Of a stretch of 64,000 bases of DNA, positions 24,673 through 36,324 are shown piece by piece. Positions within the stretch are counted from its first letter, which is position 1. The number at the start of each line of letters is the position of its first letter. The position numbers and the translations under genes were made by a program. This stretch comes from Vitrella brassicaformis CCMP3155 (taxonomy: Eukaryota; Protista; Chromerida): NCBI GenBank assembly GCA_001179505.1, contig CDMY01000562.1:269362-333361 (forward strand), written 5' to 3'. Under the pieces are notes generated by a model. That model saw only the letters and a list, made by a program, of their open reading frames with translations, had not been told where the DNA came from and made no database searches.

Positions 24673-25757
24673 GGCACGCCAAGAGAAGATTGGGTCGTTT
24701 GGTGCCGCTGGTGCTGTGCTGTGCTGTGCCGTGCTGTGCTGTGGTGTGCTGTGGTGTGGTGTGGTTTAGGTGTTTGGAGACGGTGAAGCTGAAGGAGTCG
24801 CATCAGCTGCTCAACTGTGACGACCACCAGTCGTACCTCGCCAAGAACAAACGCGACATCGCCGACATCCGACCGGACATTGTCCATCAGGTCGGCCGGT
24901 CGGGGGATGGATGGATGCATTGCCTGGTCGATGCGATGCGTGTTGGTTGGGTTGGTTCCCCGGTGCAGTGTTTGATGACATTGCTGGACAGTCCGTTGAA
25001 TCGCGAGGGTATGCTGCTGATCTACGTCCACACGGCGTCCAACGTCCTCATCGAGGTTTCGCCACAGCTGAGGATCCCGCGCACCTTCAAACGATTCGCC
25101 GGACTCATGGGTACGCAACACGCACACACACACACACGCCAATCCCTGAACCTGTGTGTGTTCAGTTGAGCTGTTGATGAAGAGCAAGATCAAGGCGACG
25201 GACGGGTCGGCCACTCTGATGCGGATCATCAGCAACCCCGTCACCAAGTACCTGCCACCCGGAGGCAGCAAGGTGGGCCTCTCGGTCGACGGCAAACTCG
25301 TCAAGCTTCGCGACTGGATGCCCAAACATGTCAACAAAGTCAGACAGAGACGGAGTGTGTGCGCCATACACCCTTGCACCCATGTGTGTGTGTGTGTGTG
25401 TGTGTGCAGGAAATCCCCACGACGTTTGTCATCGGGGCGGTCGCTCGGGGCGATCCAGGTGGGTCGGCTGACGTGTGTGCAACACTTGGGAGTAGACACA
25501 GGGGATGAATGCTGCTGCTTGTCTGTCTGTCTGCCCGTTTTGATCTGTCAGCGAAGGAGTTGGATTACGTCGAGGACAAGATTTCCATCTCCAACTACGG
25601 CCTCAGCGCATCGGTCAGCCCGGCGGGCGCATTCGCATACACGGCACAGACATAGTGACACACTTAGATGCAGTGCAGTCCACCGTGTCTGTTCGCCGTG
25701 CAGGTGTGCTGCAGCAAGGTGTGCAACGAGGTCGAGAACCTGTGGAACATATTCTGA
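24539..25757 (+). CDS. EMG1: 18S rRNA pseudouridine N1-methyltransferase EMG1/NEP1 (SPOUT family)
   Basis: IVVLLEKA|CLETVK, LLNCDDH, RPDIVHQ|[51 protein letters not shown]|[17 protein letters not shown]-stop. Confidence 0.96.
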
Positions 25758-25844
25758 CCGGTCGATGGATGGATGGAATGGATCTGATCCGCTCTTCCAC
25801 CCAGGCTCGTGTGTGTCGAGAGACTTAAGGTGGCGTGTGCAGAC

Positions 25845-25944
25845 AGACGTGTGTCTTGAGTTGGCTTCTCCCTTCACCGCTCCATTCCTGCGGCGACTGG
25901 TCGACGCATCCAGGATTCACTCAAGTTGCGACCACAACCACAAA
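25845..25944 (+). repeat. ~100-bp dispersed repeat, copy 1
   Basis: Matches the reverse complement of 38740-38840; shared core gctccattcctgcgg.gactggtcgacgcatcc.ggattcact..agtt.cgaccacaaccacaaa. Confidence 0.85.
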
Positions 25945-27235
25945 TCATTGATATCATAAGGTCCCTATCGTTCTTCCCTGTGAGTCCTCCCTCCCTTCGC
26001 CCCGCCCTGCCCTGCCTGCAGTCCCGTCCGTCCCAACCAACACACACAAACGCGCCCTCACACACAGCACAACACATGGCAAAAAGGGCACCAACAGCGA
26101 CCACCGCATTGCATTCACCGACCGACGTGGTAACAAAAGACCAGCACGGGCAGGCGAAACACGCACATCACACACAGACACCCACAACACCATAACACCA
26201 TACAGAAGGAGTCTCAGACAGGCAGGCAGGCAGAGAAACGCACATAGACCCTGGCCACCCCCACAGACAGCACACATGACAGGTAGGGGCCAAAAACAAA
26301 ACAATCCCGGCCCGGCCCGGCAACAGAAACCGCATCGGATAAAAATTCATGCAGTGGCGAGTGAGTGGAAGGTAACAAACAAGACAGCCAAACCAAAACA
26401 AGATAAACAGAACGAGCCCCCTCTTCCCGGCCCAACTGGTGATCAAAATCGTCACCACCCCATCGTGTGAATCCACCCCCTCCACCCTGGGAGCCGAGCC
26501 TCCCACGGATGACGGATTCGTATCAAACTCATGCAGACAGACAGACACAGCCATCACACACGCACATACACACACACACCTCACTGATGTCACCTCACCG
26601 GCCGACCCAGCGCTAAAGCGCAAGGAAGGAAAAGGAAAGCCCCCACACCCGCCCGCCCGGCCGCACGCAAGCCAGACGGGCAGGTATGTCAGAATCATTT
26701 GTACAGGATCATGTCTGACTCACTCACTGAGGGCGGCTTGGCTTCTCGTCAGTCATGTCGGCCGTATCAATCAATAAAGCGTATCAATCAATTGGGAAGG
26801 AAGGAACCAGCGCCGCCCTCGCACGTAGACAGGTATGTATGTATGTAAGCACACCATTCACCACAGCACAGCATAGCACAGCACACCACGCCACGCCACC
26901 ACAGGCATCACGCACACGCAGTCACGCACACACAGGAACGCAAAACAGGTGAATGCACGGGAAAAACTCGCCTGTTTGTTTCGTTCATTCTTCTAGACAT
27001 CGATCCACCTCCCTGTCTGTCTGTCTGTCTGTCTCTATGCACATGCGCTCATCCATCGGTGGGTGGATGGATGGATGGATGGATGGAGAGCGGCGTCTTC
27101 TCCGCATCGAATCGACGCAGACAGACAAAACACCTCCCCGACAGTCAGGCAATGAGCTACAGGCAATGGGCTACAGTCTACCTGAGCTTCCCCCCCATGG
27201 ACAGCCCTATCACACTCATGGACGCACGCAATATA

Positions 27236-30200
27236 TCACACAGCCGTGCCAGCCTTCTTGTCCTCGAGCGCAGCCACGTCACGCGCCTGCACACACCACA
27301 CACACACACACACACACATACGTCCGTCCACCCATCTGCCCCATGGGTCGGATCCCTTCCATCCGCAGTACAGAACGTACCTTCTTCCGTCGCTGCAGCC
27401 ATCGGTAGAGGGGCTTGGGTCCCAGCTCGGCCCCCGCCACGGTGAGGACGGCCCAGCCGAGCGCGTAGAAGTACATCCACCAGGAGAGCGTCACTGTCGA
27501 GAAGACGTAGTTGACGCCGGGGATGAGGGTGATGAGGATGGCGAGGGCCGCCGAGGTGCCGCATGCGATGTGCAGCCACTTGTTGCGGTTGAAGACGGCG
27601 AAGATGGGCAACCACGACCGGACCGTGTAGCCACGCGGAATCTCGCAGAACACCGCCGTGAGGAACGAGATCGTCCGGGCGCGCTGCGTGCCGCGCACCA
27701 CACACGTGTACACGGCGTCCTGCACACACAGAGACCGATGATGCGTGTGAGGGAGGCAGGATGGCATGAGTGTGTCTGTGTGGGTGGGTGAGTGTGTGTA
27801 TGCGTGTGCGTGTATGGTCGTACGTCGTAGAATTCCTTGGTCGCGAGGTTCTGAGGCTTGGCCCACTGGCCGGGCTGGCGGGGCTTGTCGTCGTCGTTGT
27901 AGAGAGGCTCGCTGTTTGAGTTTTCATACTAACACATCGCATGCACCAGACAGACAGACAGACAGACGCACAATAAGCATGTGTAGTTTCGGCGTGCGTG
28001 TGTCTTGCGTCAGTACCTTTGTGTATGCCTCTGCGACTTGGGGCACATCCTCGGGCCGGAGGGTGCCGGGCTCGAGGGTGCCAATGTAGGCGCGGTCCAG
28101 GTGCTTGAGGGTCGAGTCGTTGGGGTCATAGTAGTCGATGTCAATCTGATCCACACAAACCAACCACACACCGAACGAACCAAACCACATCACATCCGTC
28201 CATGCGCTCGCCGCCCCGTGTCTGTCACACACCTGCCATCCCTTGTCCCAGGTGAACTCCCGGCACTCGCAGAAGTACGGCCAGGCGAAGTCATCGCCAT
28301 CGACCTTATAGGTGCGGCACGGCTCCGTCTGCACACTGTCGGATGTGACATAGCCGGTGTTGAGGTACATGGCGAAGGCCAGCGACAGCAGCACTGCGCA
28401 CGTCTGGATGACGGCATGCGGCAGGATGGCGAAGAAGGCGAAGGGGCGGGTGATGATGGACGCCGTCTTCTTGCGGGGCGGCTGCTTCATGATGTCCTCG
28501 TCGGCAGGCTCCACGGCCAGCGCCACTGCGGGCGGCCCGTTGCTGATGACATTGATGAACAAAATCTGACGGAAGGAAAGACACGGACAGTGGGTGAGGG
28601 TGAGTCGAGGGAAATCGCATCGCATTGTTGGTTTGTCTGACTTGACTCACCTGGAGGGCCTCGAGTGGCAGCGGCAGCCTGATGAGGATTGAGATGGTGA
28701 GGTATACGATCTGGCCGATGCAGCAGCCCAGCAGGAAGGTGACGAACTTCTGGATGTTGGCGTAGATCTTCCGGCCCTCCTCGCACGCAGCCACGATCGT
28801 CACGAAATTGTCGTCCAGCAACACCATGTCGGACGCGCCCTTGGCCACGTCTGTGCCTGCGATGCCCATCGCCGTACCGATGTCGGCAGCCTACATCACA
28901 TTTCACACACAAGATCGATGGATGGATGGATGGATGGATGTGCTGTGGGTGTGCTGTGGGTGTGGTCCGTACCTTGAGTGCAGGTGCGTCGTTGACACCG
29001 TCGCCGGTCATGGCGACCACGCCGCCCTGCCGCTGCAGTGACCGCACGATGGCCATCTTGTCCTCGGGCTGGGCGCGGGAGAACACATTCACCCTACATA
29101 ACACAGACACAACAGACAGACAGACGGATGACCATACACACCTCTCTCTCAGTCGTCAGCTGGCTGGCTGCACATGCTGACCTGGAGGTGATCTCGTCCA
29201 GTGCGCCTTCCTCGACGTGCTCGCCGGTCTCCTTGTCCCTCAGCTCCTCGCACATGATGGCCCCCTCGGTGCCCTGCTCGTGCTTCAAGATGCCGATCTC
29301 GCGGGCAATGGCCGAGGCCGTGATCTTCTGGTCTCCAGTGATCATGATGACCCGCACACCGGCACCGTTGCACTCTTCGATGGCGTCACGGACGCCTGTG
29401 CGTGGGGGGTCGACGGACCCGAAGAGGCCCATGAGGGCGAGGGGCTGGCTGGGGTGGGGGGACTGCTTGGACGAAGGGAGGGGCGTGCCGCGGCCCAGGA
29501 TGGCGTCCAGTCGGACGTCGGCCGTGTCGAGGGTGGAGAGAAGCGAGACGTCCTCGGTGCTCAGAGGGCGGACGGCCAAAGCCAGCACACGAAGGGCGTT
29601 CTGTTGGTGGCACACAGTCAGAGCAGCCATATGAATGAGGCGCGCTGATGGACCTCTCTCTCTCTCTCTGTGCAGAGAGGTCAGACCTTGGCCATGTCGT
29701 TGTTGACGCGCTCGATGTCGGTGCGCTGCTGGTCTTTGAGAGTATGCTGAGAGGCGAGGCGGTAGGTGGGGTTGCCCTCCTTGTCGGTGCCGTCCTGCGG
29801 GCAGCTGCCCACGTGGGGCATCACCCTGTCAGGCCCACCCTTGATGATGGCCACGTGCGTCATCGAGCTGTCCGGCAGAGACATGCCCTCAAACACACCT
29901 GATCGACCGACCACGGCACACAGAACAAGAGGACAAAGACGACAGTGCACGCAGCAGAGGGCGCAGGGCAGTGGTTTGCTCCTGGTTGGTTTGTGTACCG
30001 GGTGTGTGCAGCTGGTGGATGGTGACCATCATCTTGCGTGAGCTGTTGAAGGGCACCTCGAGGGCGTTGATGCGGAGGTACTTGGCCTGGTGGTGAGTCA
30101 CGCTCGCGAACTGACCGTCCTCCTCGCCGATGCCGATGCGCGCCTTGGCCGCAGCAACCACCAGAGCACCTGACATCACAGAGACCGAGACGTGATCACC

Positions 30201-32802
30201 ACACCACCGTGCCACCCCGTCTGTGTCTTCTCATGTGTCGCACCTTCGCTCATGTTTCCTTCGGTGACCCATCTGCCGTCCTCGACCATCTTGAGCTGGG
30301 TGCCGTAGCAGTTGAGGCTGGCGGCCATCATGATGGTGCGCACCTTGCCCTTGCCGTTCACGGGGTTGCCGTGGTCACGCACCAGCCCGCCGTTTTCGAA
30401 GTCGTACCACTTGCCCGCATCCCACTTGGCCATGATGGCCTCCTTGGCGCCGTCCTTGCGCAGCTCGGAGGCCGCGAAGATGCCGCCGTTGGGGTGGAAC
30501 CCCTTGGTGGGGAAGAAGGAGAACTCCTCGGTGGGCGGGGCGTCTGGTGTGGCCGGGTCTTCGGACTCGCTGACGGCGTGCAGGGTGACGGCCGTCATCT
30601 TGCCCTCGGTCAGGGTGCCGGTCTTGTCACTGCACACGACGGTGCAAGAGCCCAGCGTCTCGACTGCAGGCAGCTTGCGCACCTGGTGGCAATACATTCA
30701 CACAACACACGAGACACACAGGGATGAGATCAGAGGGGTCGTGTGGCTGGCTAGGTTGACCACCCGCTGCAGTGCACTGCAGCGTAGCGTACCTGTGCCT
30801 GTCGCTTGACCATGGCGCCGCAGCCGAGTGAGAGGCAGATGGTGACGACCATGGGGAGGCCCTCTGGGATGGCCGAGACGGCGAAGCCGACGGCAACCAT
30901 GAGAATCGAGAAGAACCGGCCGTCCTCGGGGTGCGATGGGTCACGGTACCCTGTCGTGATGGCCACCACGATGATCAGCGCTGCACACACACACCACACA
31001 CAGACAGAGAGGGACACGTGAGACAAATGTGTCGTGTGGGCTTGTGTGTGTGGTGTGAGGGCGTACCAAGGAAGGCGATGGCGATGGCGCCCTGGATGAG
31101 GCCGAACTTGTTGAGGGACTTCTGCAGGGGCGTCAGCTGCTCGCTCTGGCTCGCCTGCACACTCACAGCACATCACAACCAACCAACAGAATGAATGGCC
31201 ACGTTCATGTGGGTGTGCTGGTGGGTGGTTCGTTGGCTGGGTGTGGGGTGTATGGTATGGCGCTGGTAGTACCTACCGCCTTGAGGTGCTGGGCGATGAT
31301 GCCGACTTGGGTGTGCATACCGGTGGCCACCTGCGCAGCGCACAGACGAGACGAACAGACAGGCAGACACATGTGTCGATGGTGGGGGTGTGGTGTGGTG
31401 TGAGGTGTGTGTGTCCACCGTACCACGAGGCCTCTGCCGGATCCGTTGGTGACGGATGTGGAGGCGAAGCACATGTTCTTGGCAAAGGCCTCCTTGGCCT
31501 CCTCACCGTTCACCTTGACCTGCTTCCGGATGTCCTCACCTGCACACACAGCAGTCATATGGATGGATGGATGGATGGATTTGTGGCTCTGTCCGTGTGC
31601 GTGTGAGAGAGAGAGTGGGAGGGGGCGTTTACTTTCGCCAGTGAGCAGGGCCTCGTTGGAGAGGAGCTCGTTGACGTCGATGAGACGGATGTCGGCAGGC
31701 ACACGGTCGCCGATGGACAGCAACACCAGGTCACCGGGGACCAACTCAGTCGCCTCAATCAGCTCCTCAGCACCATTGCGGATCACCTGGTGCGTCAGAC
31801 ATGGCCCACACACAACCACATACAGGCGTCTCGTCTCATGTGCTGTGCTGTGGGTGTGGTGAGAATCTTTCTCTGTCTGTCTCTGCTGACCCACCTTGCA
31901 TTTGGGTGCGGCCATGCTGGCCAGTTTGGCGAGTGCGTCGCTGGCGGATTTCTCCATGTAGGTGGCCAGTGATGCGTTCCAGAGGGTGATGACGAGCACC
32001 GCCACGCCCACGACGACCTTGCCGATGCTCAGGGAGACGATGGCCGCCACAACCAGCAAAATCATCACCGGCGACTTGTACTGCATCAGGAACAACCACC
32101 TGTCACACATCACACATGTTTCAGAGAGGGAGACAGAGGGAGACACTCAGTCGACCATCCCATCCGCACACAACACATGCCCCCCGGCCGACTGACTGAC
32201 CAGGCGGAGACGGTGCCCTCCTTCTCGAGAGCGTTGTCGCCCCACTCGTGTCTCGCCTCGATGACCCGCTCGGAGGTGAGTCCCTTGATGCAGCTGCTCT
32301 TGAGGTCCTTGGCGAGCTGCTCGGACGAGGCGCTGGCCCACTTGTTTGCGCCCTGGAAGTGCTCATACTCGTCGTGGGCCTCCTCCACCACGTGCTTGAA
32401 TTCCTCCTGGTTCTTGGAGCGGGCCGCCTGGATGCGGTCCTCCAGAGGCGGCTCGTACAGGTGACCCACCGCCTCGTCCGTGTAGGACGTCGCACGACCG
32501 AAGAACTGCTCCAACCTGCATCGAATCGACAGGGACAAGACATAACACAACAGCACACAGTCTCTCACACCCGCAGAGAGAGGATGCACACGCGCACCCC
32601 TCACAGATCTCTCTCTGTCTGGTTCCGCCTGCCCTTCTGGATGCATGTCGTGTGTGTGTGCGTGAGGTCTCGCTGACTGACAGACTGACCGTTCGCCCAT
32701 GTGCGGGTGACTCGTCCCGGGGCCGTGTCCGCGGTGGACATTGAGCAGGTTGGGTGAGCGATGCGAGTGATGGGGGGACCGGGACTTGAGCTTTTCACTC
32801 AT
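27236..32802 (-). CDS. Type II P-type cation ATPase, ATP4-like paralogue with altered ion-binding site
   Basis: [71 protein letters not shown] and LEALQ|ILFIN motifs. The [11 protein letters not shown] and [18 protein letters not shown] strings match apicomplexan ATP4 as I recall it. Last exon [16 protein letters not shown]-stop. Confidence 0.92.
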
Positions 32803-33295
32803 AGTGCTGGATGGCTCAATCAGTCAGCCAAACAAACTCTTCTTGTATTCCAATCGACACGAGAGAAGCAGACAAAATCAGCTGGAGGGCAGCAGGAGCG
32901 AGATCTCTCACACCCAAGCTCAGAGAGGCTGGGAGATGGAGGAGAGAGACTCACAGACAGAGGCACCAGGTGCGGTGGCGTGAAGCGGAGTGTTCGCCTG
33001 GCACTCTAGGCTGGGAGGATGCAAAACCGGTGGGACAGCCAGTAAGCTCGCAGAAACGGTTTCGCGCAGGTTTACTGCATCTCATTGGTCAAGATCTTTG
33101 GTCGACCAGTGTAGGTAAGATTTTGCGTCAGATCTTTGACCTCTCTGCTTTCCTGCTCTCATTGACTTTGTGTCTGATTGATTGCCGCCCTCTCGTCTCT
33201 CTGAGTAGTCAGTGCATATCTCCCATCCTTCCCGCCTCCCTTCCTTCCCGCCTCACCAAGACAGCCACAGCAGCCCTTCTCGTCCTCCTTCAGTC

Positions 33296-36200
33296 ATGTT
33301 GGTGAAGCGCAAGCCCAGTGCCGCCGTCGCGCGCGACGAAGAGAACATCCCCATTGTCAGGCGGTTCGGCAAGGGGCTCTGGGAGGACCTCAGGATCAAA
33401 CTGCCCTGGTACCCTTCTGACTTCGTCGGTGAGTGACTTGCAGGGGAGGGAGACAGGCAGGCACTCGGTCATGCATGTGCACACGCACGGGCCGTGTGGT
33501 CAAGGCAAGCGTGGGACTGGACTCGATGTTCTGTCTCTGGTGGTCTTGTGTGTCAGATGCTTTGCACGTCAAGGTGCCGTGCACTGTGCTGTACATCTTC
33601 TGGGGCGCACTGGCCAACGCAGTCGCATTCGGCAGTCTCCTCGGCGAACGGGTGGGGCGACGGAGGGAGGACACATGCTCACATGGACGCATGAACACTC
33701 TGTGGAAACCCTTTGGTGTGATGTGGTGTGTCGCATTTCTCTGTCAGACGAACGGATGGATGGGCGCCGCCGAGACCCTGATGGCCACAGGTGCGTCCCG
33801 TCCCGTACCCCAAACCACCCCACCCCATCCCCCATCATTTCACGCACACACACACACACAGCACTGCACTGGGCGACGGCTGACAGCCATCTATCTCATG
33901 TTTCATGTGTGCATGTGTGTGCGCTGCCTGTGTGTCAGCCACCCTGGGTATGATCTACCCGCTGTTCTGCGGACAGCCGCTGACCATCATGGGTGCCACG
34001 GGCCCCATCGCGTCCTACATCGTGGCCCTGCACACCTTGGCGGGGATGCTGGGCGTGACTTTCCTGCCCTTCTACGCCTGGACCGGTCTGTTCCTGAGCG
34101 TTTACCTCTTCCTCGCCAGCTGCTTCTCGCTCTCTAACGCCATCCGCAAGGTCACCCGCTTCACCGAGGAGACATTCAGCGTCCTCATCTCGGTCATCTT
34201 CATCTACGAGGCCTGCCGCTACTTCGTCGGTCTCTTCGGCAGCCAGGACGGTGAGGGAGGGATGGAATGGGCCGACACACACGCATGAGTGCACACACCA
34301 TACATGTGTGTGTCGGTGTCTTGTGTGGTGGATGGATGCATTGCTGCAGTGAGCCATGGCGAGGCGAAGGTCGGTCTGTTCGTCGGTTTGCTGACTTTCT
34401 TCACGGCCACGATCGTCCGAGGGAGCCGAAATGGCAAGCTCTTCAACCAGTGGATCCGCAACCGCGCAGCCGACTTCGCCCCCGTCATCGCTATCATCCT
34501 TGGCGTTGCCGTCGCGTGGGTAAGTAAGTGGGGGGGCGGGCCGCCACTGACGAGACGCCCGGCCATGCGATGTGAACATGTCTCTTCTGGCTGGTGTGGT
34601 GTGGTGTGTTCAGGTGATGATAGTTCGTTACGGCAGTAAGGCCGTGGACCTGGACTTCCTGCCCTTCACGGCTGACGACCTGACGGCCACGACCAAGGGC
34701 ACCGACGTGCGTCCCTGGCTGGTGGACCTCACCGACATCACTGCTGCCGGCATCGGTGTCGCCGCCTGCGCTGCCTTCCTCGGCTTCATCGTCATCTTCT
34801 ACGGTGAGAGGGTCACCCTACCACACACACGCACGGGAGACGCGACAGACAGACAGACAGACAGAGTGAACAGGTCAACACGGCTCACGGTATGTCTTGT
34901 GTTGTGTCTCGTTGTGTGGATGGGTGTGCACTCACTGTCTGTCATCTGCAGATCAGAACATCACAGTGCGTCTGGTGAATGCCAACGGCCACAAGCTCAA
35001 GAAGGGCTACGGCTACGACCTGGACATGCTGGCACTCTGCGGCTGCACCGTCCTCCTCTCCCTCTGCGGTCAGCTGCCCCCCCTCCCCTCACACCCCACA
35101 CACACATCTACGCGTGTCCGTGTGCATGTCGTGTGTGTGTGTGTTTGTGTGTGTGTGTAGGCTGCCCGTGGATGGTGTCGGCCACTGTGCCTTCGATGAA
35201 CCACACCCGCTCGCTGGCCTTCTTCGGTACCGAGAAGGCCGATGACGAGCAGTCGGAGGCTGAGATGGAGCAGAAGCTCGAACACGCTTCCAGGAAGGTG
35301 CGTACGGACGGATGGAATGAAACACCCACCCATTCATACTGTCACCCACGTGTGTGTCCCTCCTGTCTGTGTGTGTGGCCTGCCTGCCGTCTCATTTCAT
35401 TTCATTCATGTCTGTGTGTGTGGCCTGCCTGCCGTCTCATTTCATTTCATTCAGACCCTGGAGCGTCTCCGCACTTTGGTCGACGTGGAGAACCCCGAGA
35501 GGATGTCGACGGAGGACAGCCACGAGGCCCCCTCAGCGAGCAACAGCGGCGTCGAGTCGCCCACGAGCCCACAGCCATCGCTGCCCAAGCAGGACTCGTG
35601 CAAGGTCCTCATCGCTGACGGACCCACGCCGCCCCTCCCCAACCGCAACAGCCACACCGAGCTCATCAGGGCCGTCCACCGCGAGACCGAGAGCGTCCTG
35701 GCCATGCTCTCGCTGCCGTCGGGAACTGAGAGTAAGCGACGGAGACACAGGGAGGGAGACAGGGAGACAGCGAGGGTGTGCAGACGAGTGACAGGATGAT
35801 GGTTGTGTCTGCTTTTGTGTGCGCGTGCAGTCACGGGCTGCCTGGAGCAGCGTGTGAGCCCGTTCTTGACCCACTTGCTGATCCTCCTGGCGCTGCTCTT
35901 CCTGCGGCGGCCGCTGGCCATGATCCCTCTCGCCGTCCTGCGGGTGCGTACCCCACCGACACCCACGACCTCATGCACAGACACTGTCTGTCTGTCTGTG
36001 GTGTTCGTCTGTCAGGGTCTCTTTTTGTACAACGGGTGGAGCAACCTTGCGGGCAACGAGTTCTGGGAGCGCGTCTGCCTGTTCTTCTACGACCGCAAGA
36101 AGCTGCCCAAGAACAAGCCCTATTCGTCGGTGCGGCTGCTGCGCATGCACGCCTTCACCCTCATCCAGGTGGCCATGCTGGTGCTCCTGATGGTCCTCAT

Positions 36201-36324
36201 GCGGTCCTCCATCGGCTTCGTCTTCCCCGTCTTCATCGGCCTCCTCCACCCGGTCCGCTGGGCACTCGGCCGGTTCAAGCTCTTCTCACACGAGGAGCTC
36301 GAGGCACTCGACAGCCACTTCTAG
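33296..36324 (+). CDS. SLC4/BOR1-family (HCO3- cotransporter family) anion transporter, membrane domain only
   Basis: [118 protein letters not shown]|GLFLYNG and [10 protein letters not shown]-stop. Confidence 0.93.
35364..35453 (+). repeat. Perfect 45-bp tandem duplication at the 3' end of an SLC4 intron
   Basis: tgtctgtgtgtgtggcctgcctgccgtctcatttcatttcattca occurs twice; only the second copy is followed by the g that completes the AG acceptor. Confidence 0.9.

Noticed and set aside
25845-25944. The dispersed 3' element as a SECIS
   Set aside because: Neither upstream gene has an in-frame TGA needing recoding, and the AUGA/GA quartet with an apical AA is not evident.
26168-26698. 176-aa minus-strand ORF with a hydrophobic segment
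   Set aside because: No recognisable domain, no ATG-to-stop spliced model, and microsatellite content; likely ATPase 3' flank.
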